DNA of 44,010 nucleotides from Rotaria socialis (Eukaryota): NCBI GenBank assembly GCA_905331295.1, contig CAJNYD010000402.1, positions 1 to 44,010 of the forward strand, read 5' to 3'. Shown piece by piece: positions 22,339 to 33,514 of this stretch (position 1 is its first letter; each line of letters starts with the position of its first letter). The notes under the pieces were generated by a model. It saw only the letters and a program-made list of their open reading frames with translations, ran no database searches and was not told where the DNA came from. The position numbers and the translations under genes were made by a program.

Positions 22339-24972
22339 GTAGGTATACTTCTCGATAAAGAAACCTCCAAGAGCGTAAAAGGCTTTTGGGCTGTTTCGGA
22401 CAGAGTTATTCTTATAAAGCTCCACGACAAACCTTTCAACATCTCAATCATTCAAGGTTATGCACCGACAGCTGACTATGACGAAGATGCAGTTACGAAT
22501 TTCTATGGAAATATAGACAAAGCCTACAAACAATGCAAATCAGATGATATTATCTACGTAATGGGTGACTTCAACGCAAAAGTAGGAGATAAGAGAATTG
22601 GCAATACAGTAGGACCTTTTGGCCTAGGAAATAAAAATGATAGAGGAGATAATCTAGTGACCTGGTGCCAATCACATAACCTCGTCATTACAAACACATG
22701 GTACAAAAATCCCCCACGTAGACTATGGACATGGCGAAGCCCTGGAGACCGAACTAGAAATCAAATAGACTACATTATGGCCTCTCATCGATTCAGGAAT
22801 TCTATCATATCCTCTAAAGCATTTCCCGGATCAGATTGTGGTAGTGATCATGTTCCAGTCATCTGTGAAAGTAGAGTAAAATTAAAACGATTAAATCAGT
22901 CAAAGAAGAACTTCAAACTTCAAATTCATCTTCTCAAAGAAGATACAGATATAAAACAAAAATACCGTATCAAAGTACAAAATCGTTTCGAAGCTTTAGG
23001 CGAAACTACCAAAACTGAAGCACTATGGGAACAGATGAAATCCTCGATATTGGCATCTGCTGTAGAAGTACGTCCAAAAATTCAAATGAACAAGAAGAAG
23101 AAATGGATGACTGATGACATTTTACTTTTAATGGAACAAAGACGACTCAAAAAGTCTAATCCACTCGAATACAAATCGATAGATAAAGAAATCAGAATCA
23201 AATGCTCAGAAGCAAAAGAGAAATGGCTGAACGAGCAATGTTTAGATATCGAAAACAAATTGAGCGTGAACACCAAGTATGCTCATAGAAGAATTGATGA
23301 AATCACAGGAAAATCAAGATGTACCAGTTCAGGCTGCATCAAATCAAAAAGTGGAACCATCCTTATGGAAAAACATGACATATTAAACAGGTGGTCAGAA
23401 TACATAGGAGAACTTTTTGACGATAATAGAGCTCCTAAACCCAACATTAAGAAAAATATAGAAGGACCTTCAATAATGAAAGACGAAGTAAGACAAGCTA
23501 TAAAATCAATGAAAACAAACAAAGCAACAGGTTCTGATGGAATATCCATCGAAATGATTCAATGTCTCGATGAACGAGGTGTTGACATTATGACAAAACT
23601 AATAAATAAAATATATGACACAGGCGAATTACCGGAAGACCTAACAAAATCAATATTCATCGCTCTTCCAAAAAAGCCTGGAGCAACTGAATGCGAACTT
23701 CATCGCACAATCAGTCTCATGAGTCATGTCACGAAAATTCTACTCAAGATCCTAATGATGCGCATGAAAAGCAAGACCGGACCAGAAATAGCTAAAGAAC
23801 AATATGGATTCATGCCTGATAAAAGCACCAGAAATGCGATCTTCTTTCTTCGAATGATAATCGAAAGGTCTATTGAAGTCAAACATGACATATATCTTTG
23901 TTTTCTTGACTACACAAAAGCATTTGACAAAGTCAAACATGACAATCTATTCCAGATTCTAGAACAACTCGATATTGATGGCAAAGATCTACGACTAATA
24001 CGAAATCTTTACTGGAATCAAAAAGCTGCCATGAAAGTAAACAATGACACAAGTGAATACACAAATATCAAGAGAGGTGTCAGACAAGGTTGTGTTTTAT
24101 CTCCAGATCTCTTTAACATCTACAGCGAAATGATACTCAGAAATCTAGAAGATATAGAAGGAATAAAAATTGGAGGTTATAACTGTAACAACCTAAGATA
24201 TGCAGACGACACAGTATTAATAGCCAGCACCGAAGAAGACCTACAGAAAATGGTTAATATAGTTTCAGAAGAAAGCATAAAAATGGGACTATCACTAAAT
24301 GTCAAGAAATCGGAATGTATGAGTATTTCAAAAGATAAAACTCCACGATCATGCAATGTAAATATAAATGGAGAAACAATCAAACAAGTAGATCGATTTA
24401 ACTATTTAGGATCGACCATAACACCAGATGGTCGATGTGATGAAGAGATCAAAAAGAGAATTGCTCTCGCTAAACAAGCATTCCAAAAGATGTGTCCAAT
24501 TCTAAAAAATAGATCCATATCGATCAACACTAAAACTAGAGTTCTTAAATGTTACGTGTGGTCGATTCTGTTATATGGATCTGAATGTTGGACAATCAAC
24601 AAAGAAATGGAAAAACGCTTAGAAGCTACTGAGATGTGGTTCCTAAGAAGAATGTTGAATGTACCTTGGACAGCTAAAGAAAGCAACGAGTCAGTATTAA
24701 AAAGAATGAAATGGAGAAGATGTCTCCTGAATACCATCCGTTACAGGCAACTAAAATTCCTTGGTCATATAATCCGTAAAGGTTGTCTGGAACACCTGGT
24801 ATTGAGCGGGAAGATCAACGGAAAGAAAGACAAAGGTCGACCAAGGATCAAGTACCTCGAAAACATAAGCCTTTGGATTGAAAAACAAGGCTACGAAAAA
24901 GTAGACTTCCTTCACGCAGCTCAAGACCGGAAAAATTGGCGTCTCATGTTAGCCAACGTCTGCAACAGATAA
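22339..24972 (+). CDS. RTE ORF: partial endonuclease plus reverse transcriptase (5'-incomplete, frame open from 22339)
   Basis: RT motifs QYGF, FLDYTKAFD, GVRQGCVLSPDLF, LRYADD and FNYLGS; RTE C-terminal GRPRIKY..AAQDRKNWR. No internal stops. Confidence 0.93.
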   Translation, partial: VGILLDKETSKSVKGFWAVSDRVILIKLHDKPFNISIIQGYAPTADYDEDAVTNFYGNIDKAYKQCKSDDIIYVMGDFNAKVGDKRIGNTVGPFGLGNKNDRGDNLVTWCQSHNLVITNTWYKNPPRRLWTWRSPGDRTRNQIDYIMASHRFRNSIISSKAFPGSDCGSDHVPVICESRVKLKRLNQSKKNFKLQIHLLKEDTDIKQKYRIKVQNRFEALGETTKTEALWEQMKSSILASAVEVRPKIQMNKKKKWMTDDILLLMEQRRLKKSNPLEYKSIDKEIRIKCSEAKEKWLNEQCLDIENKLSVNTKYAHRRIDEITGKSRCTSSGCIKSKSGTILMEKHDILNRWSEYIGELFDDNRAPKPNIKKNIEGPSIMKDEVRQAIKSMKTNKATGSDGISIEMIQCLDERGVDIMTKLINKIYDTGELPEDLTKSIFIALPKKPGATECELHRTISLMSHVTKILLKILMMRMKSKTGPEIAKEQYGFMPDKSTRNAIFFLRMIIERSIEVKHDIYLCFLDYTKAFDKVKHDNLFQILEQLDIDGKDLRLIRNLYWNQKAAMKVNNDTSEYTNIKRGVRQGCVLSPDLFNIYSEMILRNLEDIEGIKIGGYNCNNLRYADDTVLIASTEEDLQKMVNIVSEESIKMGLSLNVKKSECMSISKDKTPRSCNVNINGETIKQVDRFNYLGSTITPDGRCDEEIKKRIALAKQAFQKMCPILKNRSISINTKTRVLKCYVWSILLYGSECWTINKEMEKRLEATEMWFLRRMLNVPWTAKESNESVLKRMKWRRCLLNTIRYRQLKFLGHIIRKGCLEHLVLSGKINGKKDKGRPRIKYLENISLWIEKQGYEKVDFLHAAQDRKNWRLMLANVCNR

Positions 24973-25044
24973 GGCACTCAATTAGATTAGTTACAACTAA
25001 CTAGTGCAACTAAAGTAGTTACCCGATGAAGCAAGGGGGAAAAG

Positions 25045-25132
25045 CGGATTCCGGGATCCATTGAGGTCTAATGGGATTCAGTGGGATCCAATTGGTTCCA
25101 GCGGGATCTAGTGGAATCCAGCGGGATCCATT
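25045..25132. repeat. Degenerate 10-bp tandem repeat (GGGATCCANT-like)
   Basis: Successive gggatccatt/gggattcagt/gggatccaat/gggatctagt units. Confidence 0.6.
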
Positions 25133-25398
25133 AAAATGTAGTGATACTCATTAACATAAATTGTGTTCTGAAGAATTTGAAATAACCAAACACATTAGTC
25201 AGACTCATATCATAAAAATTTATCAATCAAAACATGCGGAAGAAGAACTGCAAGTGTTATTACGTAATGTGCTCATAAGTCTGACTAATCTATGTTGTAT
25301 TTCGTAATATTCGATTACAGAGAATAGATATTGTCATCTTTCAGCATATTGCAAAATAACCGGTAAGACATGAAGTTATGCATACTATTTTATGATTA

Positions 25399-25613
25399 CC
25401 CAGGACGAAACTGAGCCATTGGATTCTATCGGGTCGTTTTAAAACCAACAGAATTCTATCGGAAGCGACCGAGAATCCAGTGACCCGGATTCCGATATTA
25501 AATCCGACTGGATACGACTAAGTTCTGACTGTATTCTATCGGTTTTCGTCGGATTCCAACTACATCCGATAAAATCCGGATCTGATTCGGGTTCACTGGA
25601 TCTTTCGACCTGA
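25399..25613. mobile_element. Short CCCAGG-type MITE related to the 8416 element
   Basis: CCCAGGACGAAA ... TTTCGACCTGA imperfect inverted termini and an ATCCGA/GGATTC-rich interior. Confidence 0.5.
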
Positions 25614-25900
25614 CTCATGGAAAAAAATTCAAAAAAAGAACGGATAAGAACGCATTGTTCAGATAAAAGACTGCGCTATGAAGACGCTTTTTTCGACCTT
25701 TTGAGACGCGTTTGTGTAATGAAAAACGTGTTCTTTTGAATAAAAGGAACGTGTTCTGATCGTTCCATAAGAGCACGTTTTTCGCGGTAAGAACGCTTTC
25801 TTATTTAGAAGAAAAAAAATCATTTATTTATTGTAATTTCAACTCTGTAATGCTCTCGAACGTGTTCCTTTGCTATTTGTATAAGTTCTCAAACTGCTGG

Positions 25901-26196
25901 CCCTAGTGAAACATCTTGTAAGTAAGATCTTGAAATCTTGGGATTGGTAAGTTAGATCATATCAAGATCTTTAAAAGATAATTCGCTTATTCAGATCTTG
26001 TCCTATCTGATAAATCTGTACCCAAGATCTTAGCAAGATCATGGAAAAGATATCTTTTACTATCTTACCTAAGATCTGTAATAAGATCTTGATACAAGAT
26101 AATCGTATTATCTTGTACCTAAATTTTCAAGATCTGTTCACTTATCTGTACCCAAGATCTTGGCCAAGATCTTACTTACAAGATGTTTCACTAGGG
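25901..26196. mobile_element. MITE with 32-bp perfect TIRs and a 2-bp GG TSD
   Basis: GG|CCCTAGTGAAACATCTTGTAAGTAAGATCTTG ... CAAGATCTTACTTACAAGATGTTTCACTAGGG|GG; the interior is packed with AGATCT. Confidence 0.9.
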
Positions 26197-26769
26197 GGTT
26201 CCTCTATTCGAATACTTGTGTTCGCACAGAACGCGTTCCACTTCGTTTTGATTTTACTATCGTAGAGTGGATTCGATCAGATAAACTTCCCAGGTCAAGA
26301 AAAGCGGTAAAAGAACGCGTTCCGAACAACGAACGATCGTGTTCCGAACAAGTAGATCAGTACGTGTTCGTGTGTTTCGAACGCGTTCGTCATGTCGTTC
26401 GTTGTGATCATGATTGCTTATTCTGATTGGTTTATAGATGTAACACTTGTTTCTATTTGTGGTGCAAAGTTGTCGCTTCTTGCTTTCACTTTTATTTGTT
26501 ACGGCAAAAAAATCAAAATAATGTTCAAATTAACACCATAATTTTCACAAAAAAGGTTTCACTGGCAGAATAAGGCAAAAAATGTATATGTGACACATTA
26601 CGAGAAAACAAAACAACAAAAAAATAAAATGTTCACAAGAAAAAAATGTTTCACAGTCATATTGCTTCACCAAAAACTATCATACTTTTTTAACATGTAG
26701 TTGTAGAAAAAAAATAAAAAGTTCAAAAAATGACAACAACAATCAAATACCTTTTGTTTGTGGAGCTGT

Positions 26770-28105
26770 TATGCATCATCTTCGGCGCTAAAAAATAGAA
26801 ATAAAAGTAAAAGTAGCTGAACTCAATTGATAAAAAAGGACTCACAATAATTTGTTTCGAAATATCGTGCCTCGTCGTTGATTTTCACGAATAACTTTAC
26901 CTTCATAATCCCCGAAACTAGCAACTTGAATATCATCATTTTGAAAAAAATACAGCTTGACAGTCCCTAAAACAGTCAAACGGATACAATTAAAATGGCA
27001 GTGTAGTATTTATTACTCACTTTTGATTTTTTCTGTTCGTTCATTGGTTTTTTCATGTTCACAGCCATCATTTCTTCTTTTGTAAATAATTCATTAATGA
27101 GACGCTTCATTAAATGAGCTGGTGTTGGACCTATTGGCCCAGAAAATAAATTTCAGCCGCCATGATCCTAAAAGAACAAAACTTACTAAATATATAAATA
27201 GAGAAAATCTTACGATAACAGGAAGTTCACGAGGCGGTTAACTTAGTGTTGGATTCTAAAATAAAAGAAAAAAAATTTAGGCTACAAATGTATTAGGGTG
27301 TGTGGGTTTTAATCAATATTTTTCAAATGTTCAATACATATAAATAATCATTGTCATATAGTTATAGAATATTAAAAAGGAAGCAAAGGTCGGTACCTAT
27401 GTATTCCTGGTCGCACTTTTATTACATCTTTGATCATCTTATTTAAAGTCAAATCTATTTATTCGTATTTTATCACATCTATCTTCTTTTAAAATTACCA
27501 ACATATTTATTTTGGTGATTCTTTCGTCAAAAGAATCAGAAAACATATGCTAACAAAAATAAATAAAATTACCTTGTTCGCTTTACGAGACAAGCCACTA
27601 AGAGATTTTCCCACATTTTCGAATTTCTTCTCAAAAACAACTTCTCTCTGGTTCATCCAGTCGATCTTTCGATTCATTTCATTCAACGTATTTTGGAAAG
27701 TATTCAGTAGGTCTGTGAATGAATCATGAGAAGAACATGTCACCTGATCGTAAATACATTTCCGTTTTAATTGAGGAGTATAATAAGTATCTTAACAGAA
27801 AATTTTTTTTATAACTTATAAAAAATGGTTTACTGGTATTTTTGTTGTAATTCGACTGGTGAACAGATGATGGACGTTGTTGACTATGAAATGGAGCATT
27901 ATGAATCATCGGAAAATCTGTGATAAGATCAATACAATCTATAAAGATGTCTCTTTGATAAATGTTACTTACTTCCATCAAAATCATTTTCATCTATTTC
28001 AAAATCATCGATATTATCATCAAAAGCTCGTCGAGCATTTGATAAACCAGCTGAAATTTTTCGTACTCTACCAGGTGTCATGGAGCCAGTAGTATGTTTG
28101 GACAT
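26770..28105 (-). CDS. Multi-exon transposon accessory gene (coiled-coil plus possible BEN-like domain); may be decayed
   Basis: Short GT-AG exons encode MSKHTTGSMTPGRVRK.., LLNTFQNTLNEMNRKIDWMNQREVVFEKKFENV (coiled-coil) and PAHLMKRLINELFTKEEMMA. The full exon chain was not verified. Confidence 0.45.
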
Positions 28106-28246
28106 TGTTTAATCTGAAAAAAAACGTGCTACGAAATTCGTCTGGTTAAATTTAAGTAATGCAATATTTACTCGTATTCGATTGATAATTTTTAGAACCC
28201 AATGATATCTAAAAAATGAACTATTACATTAATACCTTATAACCAA

Positions 28247-29156
28247 TCAGTCATGTTCCGCTTCAAGTTCAATTTGTGTACATATAAAAAATTCTCCATC
28301 AAATTGAAAAAGAATACATTTAGATACAATGTAAGAACATGGAATAATGACTAGTTCAAATATAGACTGTCGGACCAGCGGATAGTATTTATCAATATAT
28401 ATGCTCCAACCAGAAACTTCTTCCATTGGCTTCAATAAAGAAGACAATGTGTTATTTGAATTGGCATATCGTTTCAGAATAAGAACGGTTTATCATGTAC
28501 ATAAAAAAGAATAGAATTTGTCCATAATATAAATTTGATTGTATAGGATTTGAATCATCTTTGACGCATACATCATAACTGTTGGAATTTCCACGACGAG
28601 TATATGATATAGAATGATATATGATCAAACCATGTTGATACCAAGAATAGCATCTTAAAGATGAATTCGGAAATTCGCCAAGCATTTGGTTGTAAACTAA
28701 ATCGAATTCTTGGCGATAATTATCCAAAACATGCTCACCAAAAAAATTATCGAGTATCAGTTGTTCATCAGTAAATAAGTTAGAAGAATATCGAACTTCT
28801 CTTGAACGTATCTGACGAAAGACACACCACCAAAATGAAATTTGTTCACATAAAAGAGTAGAACCATGTGCTAGTTTTTCGAACTCACACAGACAACTTT
28901 CAAAAGCTAACAAACTATAAAAAGAGTATGAAAGTTTCAATTGTCACACGTGTACATGTAAAAAGAAAAAAATCATTACCTATGGTATGCCAGGCCACCG
29001 TGTTGTTCTACTTCCTGCCATAAATGAATAAGAGCATGTACAGAGTACAACTCTTTACATGGATTATAGATGCGTGAAAAATGAGTTAGATAAATATATA
29101 TAAATTTCGACATATTTCTTATTTCACCACGATCTTTGAAGTGTCACAATACTCGG

Positions 29157-29189
<33 letters not shown>

Positions 29190-29445
29190 AGTATAAAATG
29201 CGACAAGTAAACGCTAGGAAAACAATCTGGCATATTTAAGCGTAATTTTATGAGTATTGTTAAAGCCATATACAACACAAAGGTTCGTAATTCAGAGGCC
29301 TTCCATTTCATAAAGTTAGAAAAATCCCGAGGCCTATAATTAAACGTATGCGGATGTTTTATACCATCAAGACATTCATTAATAAGAAGTAAGCCTGTTG
29401 GATTCTGTTTCAATACATTATGCCATTCTGATAATAAATACCTAA
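28247..29445 (-). pseudogene. CMC/EnSpm-type transposase, 3' portion, intron-containing and frameshifted
   Basis: HPHTFNYRPRDFSNFMKWKASELRTFVLY, YSVHALIHLW..HGGL, LAFESCL, YHSISYTRRGNSNSYDV, YYGQILFF and a terminal ..EHD* match animal CACTA-like transposases. A (TA)n expansion lies at ~29157-29183. Confidence 0.75.
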
Positions 29446-29545
29446 AATGTGAGTTTTATCAAGTTTGCAACAAAAATATTGTCATAGTGACACCGTTGAA
29501 AGATTACGCTAAGAAGATATCAGATCAAAAGAAACAGCAAAGATA

Positions 29546-31641
29546 ATGGAAATGAAGCAAAAGTCGATTATTATTTTGGCTTAATTGGATAAACCAATCT
29601 GGTGTTGCTAAAACTGAGAGTGCGACTCATCTCGCTTTATGCAAGGTTGATCCATATGTAATAACGTTTCAAGATTTTGACAAATGCATTAATTATATTA
29701 CCAGTTTGAAAGACGGTGAAAATAATGTAATTCTGATGATTTCAAAGCGAATACCTTCAGATACACTTCTACAAGTATGCAATAAACATTCACAAATTAA
29801 TTCAATCTACATACTATGTTCAAAGGACATCAATACTGCTAAAACTTTTGAAACATCGATTAAGATTCGTGAATTTTACGCGGATCTCGGATCATTATGT
29901 AATCAATTGAAGCAGTTGCCAAGCATAACACGATTTCCCAGAGAAGGATTCACCCGCAACGATTTTACTATCAATTCATTATCAAGCATGGCATATTCTT
30001 GTATTTTCTCTACTACTTCTATCAGTCAACTGCAGTCATCTCAATCGTACAATCCTGTTAAACATCAGGAAGCTGAATTTATATATGCACTATTATTAAG
30101 GGATATTTTAATTGAAACTGAATCAACTCCAAAAGAAATGATTGAGTTTTGCCTTGAAAAATACTGCCATAATGATTTACAACTGAAATACATCGAGGAA
30201 TTCGATGAATATTATATACCTTGTAATGCTATCTTCTGGTACACACGTGACACATTTCTTTATCGTCTTTTGAACGCTGCGCTCAGAGAACAGGACATCG
30301 ATACACTCTATTTACTTCGATTCTTTATCAAAGATTTACATTTACAGCTGAAAGAATGCCATGCCATACAACAACAGATGTCAAATACTATTATTGATGC
30401 ACCTGTTCAAAGAATAGAAACTGTTTACCGAGGACAACTTATGATTAATGAAGAATTTGATAAGAAAATACGATATAATACCGGAAGTTTCTTCTCAGTG
30501 AACAGTTTCTTATCAACAACTGCACATAAAGATTTAGCCAGTGTATATGCTGGCAATGTCAGCAATGGCGGAACCTGCAACATGCAAAGTGTATTGTTTG
30601 AAATCGACATTGATAAAACTATCAACAAATTTCCTTATGCCAATATTTCAACGGAAAGTGCTTTCAATGAGGTTGAAAGCGAAATTTTATTCACAGTAGG
30701 AGCTGTATTTCGAATACAGTCGGTTGATTGGAGTGATCAAGGCTTGTGGAATGTTAAACTGAAACTCACAGGTGAAGAAGACATACAGTTACAAAATTTA
30801 ACCAAATATATGAAAGAGAATATTATTTGGTTACATCCGTTAGTGAGCCTAGGGGACCTGCTGAGAGTCATGGCCCAGTATAAAAAAGCTGAACAATTCT
30901 ATCTACTAGCGCTGCAAGAACCATACGTCAATGACAATGTTCGTACTGTCACTGGTGTATATAATGATCTTGCTACGATCTACAATGAAATGAGAGAATC
31001 AGACAAAGCCATCGAATACTATGAAAAATCTTTGGATATAAAAGTAAAACATTTTTCAGAAAACGATCCAAGTCTGGCACCCACTTATGCAAATTTAGGA
31101 TCGATGGCCTGCGATGCGTTTGAGTATGATCTAGCATTAACGTATTATAAGAAAGCATTAGATATTGATCAAAGTACATTGAATCCCAATCAAAATGGTA
31201 TTGCTGTCGATTATAATAGCATTGGATTAGTGTACAAGAAGCAAAAGCGTTATCGAGAAGCTATGGAAATGTATGAAAAAAGTATTGAAATTCGACTGAA
31301 AATATTCCCGTCTAACCATCCATCACTATCAACATCGTACAATAATATTGCGATGATTTACAGTGCACAACGTAATTATACGAAAACAATTGAATATTTA
31401 CAAAAAAACACTAGAAATTCAATTGAATTCATTACCACCACACCATCCACCACTAGCTATAACATATCAAAATTTATCGATGGCCTATGATCGACAGCAT
31501 CAGTCGAATAAAGCATTAGAATGCATGAAAAAAGCGTATCAAATCGATTTGAAAAACTTGCCAGCTGATGATCCAAAACTTGTTCAAAATCTGGAATGGA
31601 TTACTGATGTAGAGAAACGTCTTCTAGACATGGAATCTTGA
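29546..31641 (+). CDS. NAD(P)+-arginine ADP-ribosyltransferase (R-S-E) + TPR protein with two homopolymer frameshifts (pseudogene or assembly error)
   Basis: ART motifs WYTRDTFLYRLLNAALR, VYRGQ, SFLSTT and EVESEILF; TPRs such as YNDLATIY..AIEYYEKSLDI and HPSLSTSYNNIA. Removing one T at ~29575 links ATG 29546 (MEMKQKSIIIWL). Removing one A at ~31402 links the 31363-31641 frame. Confidence 0.85.
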
Positions 31642-32902
31642 CAGAATCTTTGTTATCAAAAACATAGAATATTTATTACAGCTCATAGAGCATTGCTGTC
31701 TCTGTTTTATCATATAGTTTTCATATACATGACTGACCGAAGGTATCTCCACTTGCTATCTAAGCTGCTACAAGTGCTAGAAGTTTTGAAAGGATAGGGC
31801 GTATAAGACAATGAATAGGCTTATTTCCTTTACTTTCTCAAACCAACTTGGATTACATAGAGGGTGAAAGCTTTTATTTATATCAAAATGTTGATATTAA
31901 ATTCATAAAATACTAATTAAAGTTATATAGACTTAAAACCATTCTAAAAAATGAATACTTTCTCTCTGATACTGCTACTATTTCTTCATCTTCCGCCGCA
32001 TTTTTGTTCTTAAAAATGGAATGGACATCTTTTGTCTGATAGTCATCTGATAGAGCGTTTCAAGAGCTACAAAACTATCCATTTTTCATTTTGCAAAAAC
32101 GATTGGTCACATGACAAAAATGGGGGCGAAGCAAGTGGGAAAAAGCCGATTCCATAATCTCCTGATTCCCTTGATTCTGAATGATTCTTCGGTGGGGTGA
32201 GGGTGTGGGTGTGGGTTGGTGTGGTTTAGTCTAAATACTCGTAGACAAACCCAAACCACTACCCCTACGCTGTTTCAATCATTGAATAGAATGATTCAAG
32301 GCCAAAAATGCATGGTGAATTTTCAGAATTAATTTGTTTAGCTTCGTATGTGCGTTTCGGTGAGGGTATTTATAATAACCCACAATTACACTCATTCTCA
32401 CACCCATACCACACCCACACCCATAAAATTGAATAAACATATTCAATAACTGATATAGTCACTACCAGTCCATAAATTTCATCCACATCAAAGTAATATC
32501 CAACTCGACTAAAGACTACTCCTCTGTTTTCGTGAATAAGCACACTTTAATTATTAAGTACTTGATTGAAGATGCTATCGTGTGGTTGAACAACAGGCAT
32601 GCCATTAACTGCGAAAAAACGGATGTGTGTTATAAAGTTGAGCACAATGAAGATGCGATGAAGTAGTGATGAACGCGAGCAAATAATCAGAACATAGTCT
32701 CAGGTTAAACGAGCACACAACTACGCTGAAAAACATGTTAAAATTTTAGTATCTTTGAATGTTCTCCTGGCTAGTACAAGATACCGACAATCGGTTTTCA
32801 CCATTAGCTAGAGCTCATCTAGTTATAGTTGGGATCTGAGTGGAACATTTAAAACAGGTTGACAGGCGAATCGAGGGTGAAATCGTTCTAAGCGGGTGAT
32901 AA

Positions 32903-33041
32903 CCCTGGTCAAGTTGAAGGCGTTGGATCTTGTCGGATTGGGACAAATCCCGGTCGATTTCTGTCGGACACCACCAAAGTTTTTGCGACCGGACGCCAAC
33001 CTCCGGTTCGGAATTCGGCAACACGGATTGTTCAACCTGGG
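32903..33041. mobile_element. Short CCC(A/T)GG-type MITE remnant
   Basis: CCCTGGTCAA ... TTCAACCTGGG termini with a TCGGA/TCCGG-rich interior resembling the 8416 and 25399 elements. Confidence 0.45.
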
Positions 33042-33514
33042 AACTTCACTTATGTATTTTATTATTAGTTTCGACATAGTATCGATTGCTGAAAAGTAAA
33101 AGTTGAAATCAGTAGATTGAACTTGTCTTTTCGTTAAGAAATAAGCTAATATATTTTCATTCGATTCACATCTATATATGGATTCGATATTAATTCTCTC
33201 AGACAATGCACAATGCTTGTTCTCCTAATTGATTTATATCATGATCTGTTGACTGGAAACTAAATGTATTCGTAAGATTCAAACGGAGTTACGAATAGAT
33301 TAGAATTTATTAGTTCAAGGAAAAATTGTCAAATATGACAACATGTGGTCATTCAAGTGCAATTAAATAAAATAGTCTGGTGTAATAGCTGTAGATGAAC
33401 CACATTTGAAACTACTATTTAGTTGACAACCAGGATTCACCACTGTGGAATATTCCTAACGATCGTCGAACGAGGAAACACAAGAATTTTATTGCAAAAT
33501 TTATGTAAAATAAG

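Larger units (their letters stand above)
20488..24987 (+). mobile_element. RTE-clade non-LTR retrotransposon (LINE) with an internal duplication across an N join
   Basis: The 11-bp TSD TAGTTACAACT is at 20477-20487 and 24988-24998. There is a short ATTAG-repeat tail and a single APE+RT ORF architecture. Confidence 0.9.
25616..29450 (-). mobile_element. Truncated CMC (EnSpm/CACTA-like) DNA transposon: one end with subterminal repeats, an accessory gene and the transposase 3' half
   Basis: CATGGAAAAAAA terminus-like sequence at 25616, AACGCGTTC/AACGTGTTC repeats over 25630-26400, and two co-oriented minus-strand genes. Confidence 0.6.

Noticed and set aside
21943..24737. Short minus-strand ORFs within the RTE
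   Set aside because: Antisense shadows of the APE/RT frame.
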